From assembly GCA_965247115.1 (NCBI GenBank), contig CBDFGR010000003.1:768001-832000 (forward strand): a stretch of DNA of 64,000 nt, read 5' to 3'. The translations under genes and the position numbers were made by a program. The stretch is from Myxococcota bacterium. GTDB lineage: Bacteria; Myxococcota_A; UBA9160; SZUA-336. The notes beneath the pieces are model-generated. The model worked only from the letters and a program-made list of their open reading frames with translations, was not told where the DNA came from and did no database searches. Below are positions 17,533 to 27,806 of the stretch, piece by piece (position 1 is the first letter of the stretch; each line of letters begins with the position of its first letter).

Positions 17533-17840
17533 ATGACCTTCTCCAGGATCAGCTCCGCGCCGCCGTGCCCGTCAGGCTTGATATCTACCACCCGATAGCC
17601 CTTGCCCCGGATCGTGAACGTGTCCCCGAAGTCCGGCTTCTGATTGAAGTCGGCAAGACGGACCCCTAGCACCGGCGCGACGGAGCTCACCGGCACGCCA
17701 TCTGCAATCGAAACGATCTCGTGCGCCTCGTCGAAGATCTCACGCAGGGTCTGCATTCCCTGGACATGCGTAACGTTTTCGCCGAAGACGCGGTTTGTCG
17801 CCTTGAGTACGCGATCCGCGAGCGTCGCCCACTCGGTCAC
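17529..17840 (-). CDS. Head-tail joining protein (gpFII-like)
   Basis: FGE.V, IFD, GD.F.I.G..Y.V....PDG.G...L.L. Confidence 0.8.
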   Translation of the reverse strand: MTEWATLADRVLKATNRVFGENVTHVQGMQTLREIFDEAHEIVSIADGVPVSSVAPVLGVRLADFNQKPDFGDTFTIRGKGYRVVDIKPDGHGGAELILEKVM

Positions 17841-17854
17841 GACAGGCGCCTAGA

Positions 17855-18871
17855 TCAGGTACGGCGCAGCGGAATCAGGACGCGCGGTCGGGTGCAGATG
17901 TTGAGGGTCTGCGTCTGAACCCGGACCGTGCGCTTGTTGTCGCCGTCCGTTCCGTCCGGATTCACCCGAGCGTATCGCGGCAGACCAACGGTGTTGACCG
18001 TATCGAAGTACTCCGCTGGCGCATACCGCGTCAGGTAGAGCTCCGGCACACCGACTGGGAAGACGTGAGCCTTGTCGTCGGCCACGTACTTCGTCCCACC
18101 AACCGCCCCGCGGTACTCCTCCCAGGTGATCCCACCGAACTCGACCCGACGCCGCGCGATGCGACCGCTGAGATCGCGGGCATCCTCGAAGTTGAGCTTG
18201 TTAGCTCGGTACTCCGCATGTGCGGTGAGACCGTCGAAGAACTGCGACGAGCACTGTGCGAAGATGTTGGTGTAGGGTAGCCCGCCGAGCTCGTCCTCAA
18301 TTAGCCGGATCACTGTGGAGCAGTGTTTCCGCAGAACTCCGGCCGCCGGCGAGGCGTTGTCGAGATCGAAGCCGAGCTCCGTCTGCGCCGTCACCCCGAA
18401 CGTGGTGAAGAGGTCGATGAGGATGCTGCCATCCGCATCGAGTACCTGGCCCTTGAGCGCGCTGATCCTCTGGTGTTCGATCGTCGCGTCGATGCTGCGC
18501 GACATGCGCAGATTGCGGCGATCCATCTCGGCGACGAGGGTATCGAGCTCGGACTCCGAACCGAACGCTCTCACGTTCTGGATCTCGTCCGCATTAACGA
18601 CATCCTCCATCGCCACCCGAGCCGTCGGAATGTCGATCAGATCACGGCCGTCCTTCACGTTCTGGATGCCCGGCGCGCCGCGCTCGGTCGTCTGCACGAG
18701 AACCAGAGTGTTCTTCTGTTTCTCGACGGACACCTTGGACGTACGGACCCCATCGTTCTCGAAGATTCCGAGTTCGCTGATCCGCGTCGGGATGTGCGGC
18801 ATGTCGATCAGCCGACTGGTCATCGACTGCATGGTGAACGCATCGTTGTCAAAGATTTCGAATCCAGGCAT
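17855..18871 (-). CDS. Major capsid protein (lambda gpE family)
   Basis: F.NDAF...S.T..., LGIF..., RAFGSE, T.EH.R..ALKG..LDADG, APA....VNT.G.P.YA, RP.VL. Confidence 0.95.
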   Translation of the reverse strand: MPGFEIFDNDAFTMQSMTSRLIDMPHIPTRISELGIFENDGVRTSKVSVEKQKNTLVLVQTTERGAPGIQNVKDGRDLIDIPTARVAMEDVVNADEIQNVRAFGSESELDTLVAEMDRRNLRMSRSIDATIEHQRISALKGQVLDADGSILIDLFTTFGVTAQTELGFDLDNASPAAGVLRKHCSTVIRLIEDELGGLPYTNIFAQCSSQFFDGLTAHAEYRANKLNFEDARDLSGRIARRRVEFGGITWEEYRGAVGGTKYVADDKAHVFPVGVPELYLTRYAPAEYFDTVNTVGLPRYARVNPDGTDGDNKRTVRVQTQTLNICTRPRVLIPLRRT

Positions 18872-18889
18872 GTTCCTTCTGCCTCCTCT

Positions 18890-19549
18890 CTATCGAGCGA
18901 TGATGCCCAGAGCCGCGAGCGCCTGGACCCCATTGGTTTTGTCTGCCACCGCGATCCCCGTGGGCCACACGATCTCGGCGGCGTTCACCTCGCAGTCGCG
19001 CACGAACGCGACGTCCTTGGCGTCGACGCCATCAGGGGCCGTCTTGTCGCCACGGAGGATGCCCTCGATGATCTGCGATCCATCGGTTCCGGCCCCGACG
19101 AACTGGACAAACTTCTTCGAGGCCTGCGTGACTGTGATCATGAAGAAGTCACCGGCCGCAAAGTCCGTTGCGCCATCCGCCAGCGTGAAGGCCAGACCTC
19201 CAGCGCTGAAGGCTGCCGCCACGTCCCCGGTTTCGACCAACAGGCCATCCGGATCCCGCACCTCGAAGACACCGGCATTCGCCGCCAGCTCCGTGATAGT
19301 GAGCGTGTAGGCCCCGTCTTTCGCGGATCCAGAGACCGTAATCATTCCCATCACCCCGTCACCGGTGTTACTCGCGTCCGCCACGGCAGCGGCCGTACCG
19401 GCGACGACGCGCCCAAGCACCATCCCGGCAGTCAGGACTCTAGCGGATCCGGATCCGGCAAGGATCGTGATCTCCTCACGCGATCGAGTTCCCGGCGCCT
19501 CGGAGATCAGAAAGGCTTCGGTGTGCTGTTTTTCCGTCAGAATCGTCAT
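18890..19549 (-). CDS. Head decoration protein (gpD-like, with inserted domain)
   Basis: FLISEA.G.RSRE, G.VLG, R.CEV....I.W, L.ALGII.R. Confidence 0.85.
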   Translation of the reverse strand: MTILTEKQHTEAFLISEAPGTRSREEITILAGSGSARVLTAGMVLGRVVAGTAAAVADASNTGDGVMGMITVSGSAKDGAYTLTITELAANAGVFEVRDPDGLLVETGDVAAAFSAGGLAFTLADGATDFAAGDFFMITVTQASKKFVQFVGAGTDGSQIIEGILRGDKTAPDGVDAKDVAFVRDCEVNAAEIVWPTGIAVADKTNGVQALAALGIIAR

Positions 19550-20904
19550 GATGCCTGGCTCTCCTTTCTGGCGCTCTGCGCGAGCGCTTGCGGATTGTTC
19601 CAGCGCTGGTAGATCGCCCGCGTATCGAACGATACGACCTCCCCCTCGCCCACGGCCGTGCCACTCGCGGCTGTGTTCCGCGTCACGAGACGCTCGTCGT
19701 CCTCGGCGCGCATCTTGAGAATGCGCTCGCCGGCGGCCTTCGCGTCGAGGCCTTCCTCGATGAATTCCGCGGCGAGCTGGCCGACCTGCGCGAGCTTGCA
19801 GATCGCATTCACCTCAGCCATGCGATCGCGCTCCTTCTGCGCGCCGGCCTTTTCGCCTTCCGCGCGTGCCTTGTCGAGATCGATGACCTCGGCGCCCTTT
19901 TCCTTCTCGGGATCCGGAGCCGGAGCTGCGGCCGTGACTGGCTCCGGTCCCTGGATGGTCAGCTTGAGCTCCTGCGCATTCGGATTCGCGGTCGGCTCGG
20001 GGCTCGTTTCCTTCTCTTCGGACATAGTCGTGTCCCCTATCTGGGCCATGAGAGTCGGCCCCTGTTGAATGGCGATGCCGAACCTCGGCGCCGCCGCGAA
20101 AGTCTTTTCCATCCGCCCGACGAGCTCGTCGAGCGTGGCGATTCCGTCGATCAATCCCGCCTTCCGCCCTTCCTCTCCGATATAGAGCGCGGCTTCCTGC
20201 GCCTGGACATCGGCCGCGTCCATCTTGCGCGCCTGCGCGACGTGATCGAAGAACAGCCCAGCGGTTCTGTTGACCAGGCCCTGGAGGAAGGATCGGCCGC
20301 TTGGATTCAGTGGCTTGTGAGAGCTGAGGTCGGTCTTACGAGCACCCGATGCGATCTCATTGAACTTGACGCCGCGCTCTTGATCGAACTTGGATTGATC
20401 GACATGGACGACCAGAGCGCCGATACTGCCAACGACCCCGGCATCGGTGGAGAACACCTTATGCGCAGCACTCGCGATCCAGTACGCCGCCGACGCCGCC
20501 TGATCGTTCGCTAGGGCCCAGATCGGCTTTCCGCGTTTGCGGAGACTGAGCAGATGCTCGCCCAGATCTGTCAGTCCCGAGACCTGTCCACCCGGGCTAT
20601 GGATGTCCAGGATAATCCCGCGCACGTTCGGATCGTCGATCGCCGCGTCGACGTTCTGGCGGATCATGTCGTAGTCGTCGAAGAATCCCCGGAAGAGCGA
20701 TCCGACGATTCGAATGATCCGCACCGGGTCGCCTGACGGCTGAGCCTGCGGGCGGCACCAGAACATCTGAACAAACGCCTGAAGCTCCTCGGGATCCGAG
20801 CGCTCGCCAAGCTTCTCGAGCGCATCCCGGAGCGCACCCGGGCCCAGCGTCAGCGGCGCCCGGAAGACATGCTCGGAGAGATCCGGAACGACCTGATCAG
20901 GCAA
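19546..20904 (-). CDS. S49 prohead protease / scaffold (gpC-Nu3-like)
   Basis: ILDIHSPGG, AASAAYWIAS, VGSIG; acidic C-terminal scaffold region. Confidence 0.92.
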   Translation of the reverse strand: MPDQVVPDLSEHVFRAPLTLGPGALRDALEKLGERSDPEELQAFVQMFWCRPQAQPSGDPVRIIRIVGSLFRGFFDDYDMIRQNVDAAIDDPNVRGIILDIHSPGGQVSGLTDLGEHLLSLRKRGKPIWALANDQAASAAYWIASAAHKVFSTDAGVVGSIGALVVHVDQSKFDQERGVKFNEIASGARKTDLSSHKPLNPSGRSFLQGLVNRTAGLFFDHVAQARKMDAADVQAQEAALYIGEEGRKAGLIDGIATLDELVGRMEKTFAAAPRFGIAIQQGPTLMAQIGDTTMSEEKETSPEPTANPNAQELKLTIQGPEPVTAAAPAPDPEKEKGAEVIDLDKARAEGEKAGAQKERDRMAEVNAICKLAQVGQLAAEFIEEGLDAKAAGERILKMRAEDDERLVTRNTAASGTAVGEGEVVSFDTRAIYQRWNNPQALAQSARKESQAS

Positions 20905-22420
20905 CGTCCTCTTCCTCCCCCGTCTCTGGATCCTCCTCCTGTTCCTGCTCGTCGGCGTCCGGCACTGAAGATTGTGGGGACGCGGCGGTGCCGAACGTCA
21001 GCCCGAGGCGGTCCGCCCGCTCATTGTCCTCGGCGATCTCCTCGTCGAGCTGCTCCGGATCCCAGCCGTGTTCGAGGATGACCTTCGAGCGGCTCGTAAA
21101 GCCGGCGCTGAGCGCACGCTCTTGGCTCTTGACCTCCTTGTCCGGATCGACGTACTGCCAGCCCGGAGTGGGCGTCCATTGCACGCGCATCAGCTGGCGG
21201 AGATTTCTGTTCCGCAAGAACGCTGCCGGGATTGTGAGCCGGCCGGCGAGGATCGCCGTCTCGAAGAATCTCGCCCACACCCGCCGGCAGAGCTGAAAGA
21301 TCACGATGTTCCGTTGGACCTGTTCGATCGCGCGGCGGAACTCGATCAATGCCACGCGCGCGCTCGAGAACGTCACGCCCTGGTAGTCGCCGGTCATCTG
21401 CTCGTAGGTCACCCCGGCGCCTGCGGCTGCCTTGCGAAGATGGAACTTCACGAAATCCGCATACGTGCTGTCCTCGGGCGGCTTCGAGAACTCCACATTC
21501 TCGCCAGGAGCGAGCTCCTGCATCGTGCCCGGCTCCATCGCCGCGATCGGGACGTCGTCCGCGTCCAGGCCCTCATCCCCGCCGGCGCCGAGCGGATTCG
21601 AGTCCGCGTCCGGCTTGGTAACGAAGCCCGCGAAGAGTGCCGCAGTTTGCTTGCGCATCAGCTCCGCGTCCTCGTACTTGTCCAGGTCATAGAGCGCCGC
21701 GAGTACGGGAGCGAGGCCGGGCACGCCGCGCAACTGGCCAGGACGCAGAAGCTGAAATAGGTGGAGGACGTTCGATGCGGGTACTTTCGTCCGGAGGCCT
21801 CGGTTGAAGTTCTGAAAGTCGCCTGGGTGGTCCTTGTAGAAGTGATATGCGCGCCGTTTCCCGATTGAGTCGAGCTCGATCCCTGCTTTGATCCTGGAGC
21901 CGCCCGTCAGATCGCGCGTGAACGACGGGTCCAACATCTCCGCTTCCATGATCTGGAGCTGAAGCGGGATCCCAAGCCGGTCACTCGCGCGACGTGGGCG
22001 AAACCGGATGAAGCAGTCCCCGCCCTCCCGGAACGATCGGACGGCCAAGGCCTGCAGACCGTAGAAGTTCTGGCAGCCATCGGCGTCGCATTCCTCGACG
22101 AACTCTTTCCACGCCTCCGTGATCTCCTCGCGGAACTCTGGATCCGGAGCCATCGAGCGCGGGATGATCCCATTCCCGACGACGTTCGCGGCGTAGCTAC
22201 CGAGACCGTGCTCCGCCCAAGCATTCTTCCGGATCATGTCCCGCGATCGCTTGCGGAGCATGTTCACGTCGCCGCCCAGGAGCGCGTTGATGTTCGAAGT
22301 CGTAGGCGCCCAGCCTCGCGCCCTGCGCCCGGAACCTGCGGCGTCCCAGGCCGCAGCCGTTGCGTTGAACTTCCGCCCGTAGCGATCGAACAGGATCACC
22401 GGCCCTCGGCGTGCCATCAC
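20897..22420 (-). CDS. Portal protein (lambda family)
   Basis: LR.RSRD..R.N, GIELD..G.R.AYH, RPGQ.RGVP.LAP, FSSAR, VDP.KE. Confidence 0.95.
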   Translation of the reverse strand: MMARRGPVILFDRYGRKFNATAAAWDAAGSGRRARGWAPTTSNINALLGGDVNMLRKRSRDMIRKNAWAEHGLGSYAANVVGNGIIPRSMAPDPEFREEITEAWKEFVEECDADGCQNFYGLQALAVRSFREGGDCFIRFRPRRASDRLGIPLQLQIMEAEMLDPSFTRDLTGGSRIKAGIELDSIGKRRAYHFYKDHPGDFQNFNRGLRTKVPASNVLHLFQLLRPGQLRGVPGLAPVLAALYDLDKYEDAELMRKQTAALFAGFVTKPDADSNPLGAGGDEGLDADDVPIAAMEPGTMQELAPGENVEFSKPPEDSTYADFVKFHLRKAAAGAGVTYEQMTGDYQGVTFSSARVALIEFRRAIEQVQRNIVIFQLCRRVWARFFETAILAGRLTIPAAFLRNRNLRQLMRVQWTPTPGWQYVDPDKEVKSQERALSAGFTSRSKVILEHGWDPEQLDEEIAEDNERADRLGLTFGTAASPQSSVPDADEQEQEEDPETGEEEDVA

Positions 22421-22632
22421 CAGCCCTTCGTCTTCTCGACCATGCGGATCTGATTCGGGATGGCGTCAGTAGCCACAGCCGGCTTGTCGAGCTCGTTCGA
22501 GATCATCGCGAGCGCATCCTTCAGCTCTGCGATCGAGCGATAGCGTGTGCGCCGATCGCTGTACTGGACATCCAGTTCGCCCGATGCGATCGCGTCCTTG
22601 ATGGCGGTTCTATCGGCTTCGACCCATGCCAT
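22417..22632 (-). CDS. Head completion protein gpW-like
   Basis: AIASG...V.Y.DR...YRSI.EL..A. Confidence 0.9.
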   Translation of the reverse strand: MAWVEADRTAIKDAIASGELDVQYSDRRTRYRSIAELKDALAMISNELDKPAVATDAIPNQIRMVEKTKGW

Positions 22633-22643
22633 CGTTGATTCTC

Positions 22644-24599
22644 CTACCGGCGATCGAGGAAGCTGCTCGTGCTCTTGCGCCGCGTGCGCTTTCGATTCGG
22701 TCTAGGTGGGGTTGGCGCCGCGGCTGCTGGCACCTCGGCGTCGATCTCCACACCGAGGGCCTCGACTCGAGTCGCTTCCTTCTCGAGATCGAATCCCATC
22801 GTCTTCAGGCCCTCGAGCGCGGCCATCGCGTAGACCGAGAGGTCCAACGCTTCGTTGCGGCGGCCCGCGCTCTTCAGCTCCCAGGTGCGCGTCGGGAACC
22901 CAGACTTGTCCGTCCCAGGAACCGCCTTTTCTGCCGTGAGCTGCTGGAAGTACGCCTCGCCGAAGGCCTTCGGAAAGTGAATGTAGCCCGGGCCCGGCCG
23001 CTCGACTTTCTCCAGTCGCGCGTAGATCGCGTCTTTCGCGAGATCGACCTTCAGGGTATAGACCGGGATCTTGGCCTTGTTCTTGATGCTAGGAGCAATC
23101 GGCCAGAGATTCTTCCCGGGCCCGCCACTCCCCCGGATCGCAAACACGTACGCGCGCCGCCCGTCCGGTGTCGCGATGCGGTGCCGGGGACGGCAGAACT
23201 CGTACGCCCGCAACGTGTGATGTCCGCCCGTATCGACGCATGTGGCGCGAACGTAATCGACACCTCCGCGCTCGAGGCGCCTCGGCCGCGAGAGGAATTC
23301 CCAGAGATCATCCCAGACTTCGCCGCCCGAAGGATCGCCGTGCAAGACGTAATGCTCGAGCTTCCAGTTCTCCTCACCGCGTCCCCACGCTTCGACCTGC
23401 GCCTCGAGTCGATCGTCTTGCGTGTCGACGCTCGCCGTCATCACCACCGCGCCGCGCGGAACCACAGGGCGTCCTTCTCGCTCGGGGTAGGCCTCGCGGC
23501 GCGCGGCGATGTTCTCATCGTCGAGCGAGTCATACTTCGCTTCCCATGTCTCCCCGAGATCGGTGTTCACGAAGACCTGGAACTTGACCGGATCCTCTTT
23601 CGATCGGAGGAACCGCTTCGCGATTTTGCCCCACGCGGCATCCGGCGCCGGCGAGTACGCGGCCCAGATGTGGAAGCCCGCGTGTCCCTCGAAGGGCTTC
23701 TCCGCACGCCACTCTCCCTGTGCAACCATCGCCTCCTTCTCGGAATGCTCGATCTGCTCGTGGCAGTTCTCGCAGAGGTAGAAGGCCTCCTCGGGCGATC
23801 GACCATCCCATTTGATCCCGTAGTCGACGTCAGGGCCGCCCCACCGTAGCCGCTGTCCGTGATCACAATACGGGCACGGCACGAAGAAGTAACGCTGATC
23901 CGAGAACTCGAATGCAGTCTCCACCCGCGAGACCCCCGCGATCTTCGGCGAGCTTCCGATGATGTGCTTGTAGTCCCACGCCCAGGTCGTGCGCTTCTTC
24001 CCGAGCTCGATGGGATCGCCCTCACCACCCGCAGAGAGCGGGTAGGCGTCGACCTCATCAAACAGAACGATCCGCTTCGTGAGGCGCCGGAAGCCCCGAC
24101 CGCTATTCGCACCGACCATCGAGAGCACAGCACCACCAATGAAGTGCTTCTTCAGAATCGTGTTGCTCGAGTCCCGACTGCGCGGCGCCGCAATCAGCTC
24201 CTCGAGGACCTCGACGTCCCGGAGCATCGGCGCGAGCTCGTCCTTGCTGTATCCCTCGGCGTCCTCCACCGTCGGCTGCACGACCAGGATTCCGCACGGA
24301 TCATGCTGCGCGTAGTAGCCGATCGCGCAGTTCAGGATCTTCGTGTACCCAACCCTCGTCGACTTCTGGACCGTGACCTCTCGAACGTCCGGATCGGAGA
24401 TCGCGTCCATGATGCCTTTCTGGTAGGCAAGCGTTCTCCAGGTCCCCGCCTCGGCACTCGATTCGGCGGAGAGGATGTAGTTCTCGTCCGCCCACTCGCT
24501 GAGTGTCAGCTTCGGCGGCGGGGCAAAGCTCTGAAACGCTTCCCAGGCTGCGAGCTCAATCCCCTCGAGACGTGGGAACTCAAGCGCCGGTGAAGACAT
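22644..24599 (-). CDS. Terminase large subunit (GpA family)
   Basis: KSTRVGYT Walker A variant, VLFDEVD, CP.C zinc site, VDTQDDR, D.GG, RNEALD. Confidence 0.96.
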   Translation of the reverse strand: MSSPALEFPRLEGIELAAWEAFQSFAPPPKLTLSEWADENYILSAESSAEAGTWRTLAYQKGIMDAISDPDVREVTVQKSTRVGYTKILNCAIGYYAQHDPCGILVVQPTVEDAEGYSKDELAPMLRDVEVLEELIAAPRSRDSSNTILKKHFIGGAVLSMVGANSGRGFRRLTKRIVLFDEVDAYPLSAGGEGDPIELGKKRTTWAWDYKHIIGSSPKIAGVSRVETAFEFSDQRYFFVPCPYCDHGQRLRWGGPDVDYGIKWDGRSPEEAFYLCENCHEQIEHSEKEAMVAQGEWRAEKPFEGHAGFHIWAAYSPAPDAAWGKIAKRFLRSKEDPVKFQVFVNTDLGETWEAKYDSLDDENIAARREAYPEREGRPVVPRGAVVMTASVDTQDDRLEAQVEAWGRGEENWKLEHYVLHGDPSGGEVWDDLWEFLSRPRRLERGGVDYVRATCVDTGGHHTLRAYEFCRPRHRIATPDGRRAYVFAIRGSGGPGKNLWPIAPSIKNKAKIPVYTLKVDLAKDAIYARLEKVERPGPGYIHFPKAFGEAYFQQLTAEKAVPGTDKSGFPTRTWELKSAGRRNEALDLSVYAMAALEGLKTMGFDLEKEATRVEALGVEIDAEVPAAAAPTPPRPNRKRTRRKSTSSFLDRR

Positions 24600-25044
24600 C
24601 TCTCGCGAGCTCGGAGAGTGCCTCATCCACGATCGCGAGCATCGCCCTCTCGTCTCCCTGATTCAGCTTTCTCACGCGACGCCGCAGTTTCGATGGGAGC
24701 GCCCGCAGGCGATCCTTGCAGCGAAGAATCAGCTCCTGCCACCTCGCGACGACATCCTCATGTTGTAGGAGATGACCGCGTGTCTCCGCGTTCTTCAGGT
24801 CCTGCGCTTCCGCCTGGACCCGGGCTAGCTTCGCCCGCTCTCTGGATAGTTCGTCGGCGCCCTGTTCGGCGGGCTGGAAGATCAGCGGCAAGGCCTTCCG
24901 CGGGTCGTAGTAGATCGCCCGCTTCTCGCGCCTCACCGGCTCGATCTCGTGGAGCCGCTTGCGGACCGTTCGATGCGACGAGCCCGTGAGAAGAACCAGC
25001 TGCCCCATGGTCATCGCTGAGAGGCTGACCTCTGACCTCGCCAT
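24580..25044 (-). CDS. Terminase small subunit (Nu1-like)
   Basis: N-terminal wHTH-like, ERA.L...QA....LKN...RG.L coiled coil. Confidence 0.85.
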   Translation of the reverse strand: MARSEVSLSAMTMGQLVLLTGSSHRTVRKRLHEIEPVRREKRAIYYDPRKALPLIFQPAEQGADELSRERAKLARVQAEAQDLKNAETRGHLLQHEDVVARWQELILRCKDRLRALPSKLRRRVRKLNQGDERAMLAIVDEALSELARDVFTGA

Positions 25045-25099
25045 TGCGGCTCACTCCCCTCCTAGCAGCGCCCCTTAAGAGGTCCGTAACTAGTGCAAC

Positions 25100-25150
25100 T
25101 TTGCGCCTCGCGTTACCCGCGAGCGAGGACCGCTGGAGAGGACCCGCGGA
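25100..25150 (-). promoter_or_regulatory. Putative cos (packaging) site
   Basis: Minus strand GGGTCCT (lambda cosQ sequence; 25139-25145) followed by a dyad CTCGCG..CGCGAG, just upstream of terS. Confidence 0.6.
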
Positions 25151-25357
25151 TGTGGCCCGAGGTCACGTACCCCCGGGCCTCAGGTCTTTAGCCCCGGTTC
25201 ATCGCGTCATCTCCTACGCATCTACAGGATGGGATTTGCCTCGTTGCGTTGATCGCGATCGAGACGCGCTCCTCCGCGCCGGAGTACTCCTCGATCTCTA
25301 GCAGCTCCTCGCGGTGTGTCGCCGCCATCTCCTAGAGCTGGGTCTTGACGTCGCCGC

Positions 25358-25825
25358 TTACGCCTCCGGAGGCCACACCCAGGCGCCCTGGTCAAGCTCC
25401 TCATCCCCGTCCTGAGCGCGCTGGGAGTAGCGCGCTCGCACGAATCCAGAGTGGTCCCTGCCAGCGCCGAGCCATACCCGCGGGGCGGTGAAGGCTACGA
25501 TCCCAACGACCCCATCCACGGAATCGTAGACCTGGACGATGATTCCGGGAATCGCTTCGTCGCAACCGGATGGACGGCACTGGACGATGCGACCGATCGC
25601 GAGGCCCGGCATCGGGCCCAAAGGCTCTTCCTCCACGAGCCGCGCATTTGCATCGATCGCGCCCTTCGCGAGGAGGATCAGGCCAGCCGCTGAAGTTTCT
25701 GCATAGCCGTGAGCTTCAGAGATCTGCTCGGCTGTCGCGCCTGCGACCGCCTCGAGGGCCTCGAAGCCAATCTCCTTCAGAGCCGCCAGCTGATTTTCGG
25801 TGACCAAATCACTGAGCTGCTGCAC
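25358..25825 (-). CDS. Phage protein with HhH-like N-terminus and GRIV..PGII.V domain
   Basis: L...GF..LE.VA.A..E.I...G pattern; RBS present. Confidence 0.6.
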   Translation of the reverse strand: MQQLSDLVTENQLAALKEIGFEALEAVAGATAEQISEAHGYAETSAAGLILLAKGAIDANARLVEEEPLGPMPGLAIGRIVQCRPSGCDEAIPGIIVQVYDSVDGVVGIVAFTAPRVWLGAGRDHSGFVRARYSQRAQDGDEELDQGAWVWPPEA

Positions 25826-26238
25826 GTTTCTTCACTCCCCTCTTCGACACTCCCGCACCCAGACCCGCGCGCACTCTACGAGCGGACCTCCGGCATCGAG
25901 CGTTGCAGTGACTTTTACGTCGTACGTACCCTTTGGGGCCGTACTCTTGATGCGAACTTCGCAGTCGTGGTCGTGAAGCCCGTTCCACCGAGTACGGTCG
26001 CGGAGACATCAAGACCGAAATGCCGAACTCTCCCCACAGGGCGGGCTACGGGTGTCGTGCTACGGCGACTTCTCTCCGACCGGGTCGCGGGGTGCCGTAC
26101 CGACACCACTGCGACGATGAGAGAATCGTGCCAAAAGTGTCGCAGACGTCAAGGGGGGCGTATGCGCGAGAGGCGCGGAGAGGCCGCCTCGTTCTACGTG
26201 AACGTGACTCCGATCTACTCGCGTCTACTCGGATCTAC

Positions 26239-26442
26239 TCAGTCGAGGAATCCGCATCGTGTACATCTCGAATCGGGTTCGAGATCACCAACTCGGATGC
26301 GGTAGATCGGCCGCTTGCCAGGCGGAGCTTCGTTCCTCGCTCGAAGCCGCTTCGACTTGATCCAGCGGTAGACCGTGTGTCGGTGTAGGCGCAGTCGCTG
26401 CGCCACCTCTTCGGGTGTCAGCAGTTCGTCGGGATCAGACAT
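26239..26442 (-). CDS. MerR/excisionase-type HTH DNA-binding protein
   Basis: LLTPEEVA.RL.L...TVYRWI....L.A ... YRI. Confidence 0.85.
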   Translation of the reverse strand: MSDPDELLTPEEVAQRLRLHRHTVYRWIKSKRLRARNEAPPGKRPIYRIRVGDLEPDSRCTRCGFLD

Positions 26443-27028
26443 GAATCACCCGCTCTCTCTCCGTTGCTCCGCCCCGATGTCGTAGCAACCCGGCATCGAC
26501 CATCCGCTCTGCGAAGATCGCGCGCCCCTCCGGCACCCAGCGATGCACGCGGTCCTTGTTCCATTCGAACGGCGCGCAGGGCCAAAGTTCCGCCGCGATC
26601 GCGGCGAGCTCGCGCACGCCTGAGCGCCGCGCATCCTCCGAGCACAGCTCGGCCAGGAAGTATGTACGGAACGGCCACCGAAGTCGTCGACTCGAGTAGA
26701 GCTTGCAGATGATCCGGTCGAGTTCGGCCAGCTCTAGCATGGCGATCGCGCGGTCGTGCGCGCGAGAAGCCGCTTGAGCAGCATGACCGCGACCCTTCCA
26801 CCCAAAGGTGCTGTCGACCGGCCAGAGCTCGCCGCAAGCACCGCAGATGGAAGCGTAATCGCTGTCTCGCGCGCGCATGTATCCAGTGTGCCCTTTCGCG
26901 ATGCAGACGGGGCAGAAGCCGCCGAACTGCTGGCCGATCGAGTGCACCGCACCCGCGCCTCCTTGATAGAGACGCTCCGCGCGCTCGGCGTAGTAACGAA
27001 TCGCGTTGTCGGGATGCGAGAATCTCAC
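26435..27028 (-). CDS. Zn-ribbon protein, candidate late-gene regulator
   Basis: CPVC...CGAC plus C-terminal HTH-like segment; Q-equivalent position. Confidence 0.5.
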   Translation of the reverse strand: MRFSHPDNAIRYYAERAERLYQGGAGAVHSIGQQFGGFCPVCIAKGHTGYMRARDSDYASICGACGELWPVDSTFGWKGRGHAAQAASRAHDRAIAMLELAELDRIICKLYSSRRLRWPFRTYFLAELCSEDARRSGVRELAAIAAELWPCAPFEWNKDRVHRWVPEGRAIFAERMVDAGLLRHRGGATERERVIHV

Positions 27029-27228
27029 GCTCGTGCCCAGGTTTATCCCGCGCCTAGCCAGGCATGTCCCTACGCGCTTTCACTTCGACGTCGAACTGTC
27101 CGGGCGTCGTTGCGCCGCCCGCGGCGATCACGATCTTCACCCGATCCTCCCAGAGCGCGATCCGGTCTCGAACGGCCTCGCCGGCAGCGGCGAATCGGTA
27201 GTGACTGGGATTCTGTCTCGTGCGATTG

Positions 27229-27546
27229 TTATATCGTTCCTCCTCCGAACCATTTCATGAAAGTCTCAAGCCGCATGACGACGAGCGCGTCCTTGTCCAA
27301 CTGCTTCTTGCGCTTCACGATGCCGATCGGGATCTCGGACGGTACTGCGCTCGCCTCGGCCTGCAGAGCTGCGTTCACCGCAAGACCGTAGCTCGGCGCT
27401 TTGTTGAGCTTGCACTCGATGCTGAAGCCGTCGACGATGCAGTCGTTCTTCCCGCCAGAGCGGCCGCCGTAGTCCGCGCCACGGCGCTTGCCTCCGAATA
27501 GCCGCGCGATGCGTCGCTCGAATTGTTTCCAACCTGGATCGTTCAC
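27229..27546 (-). CDS. PD-(D/E)xK Holliday junction resolvase-like nuclease
   Basis: WK.FER.IA, D.....IECK, Q. Confidence 0.8.
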   Translation of the reverse strand: MNDPGWKQFERRIARLFGGKRRGADYGGRSGGKNDCIVDGFSIECKLNKAPSYGLAVNAALQAEASAVPSEIPIGIVKRKKQLDKDALVVMRLETFMKWFGGGTI

Positions 27547-27806
27547 GCTGCTCCCTCGTCACTGCCCGGTATCTTCGGCGTCTCCATGATCCCGAACGCC
27601 TGGAGCGTGGTGATGAGATCCGTCTCTGCGGCCTTCGCGCCCTGTGCCGCGCGCTTCTCCTCTTGGACGGTGCCGAAGAGACGCGTAGCAGCAGCCGAGA
27701 CCTTCTGCACTTGCACCTTCAGAGCCGCGTTTTCCGTCTCGAGCTGCTTGATCCTCTTCTTCAGCTCCTGGTCAGAGCTTCCCTTCTTTCGCGACGCCTC
27801 ACCCAT
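27543..27806 (-). CDS. Coiled-coil hypothetical phage protein
   Basis: Overlap-coupled ORF, heptad pattern. Confidence 0.6.
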   Translation of the reverse strand: MGEASRKKGSSDQELKKRIKQLETENAALKVQVQKVSAAATRLFGTVQEEKRAAQGAKAAETDLITTLQAFGIMETPKIPGSDEGAA

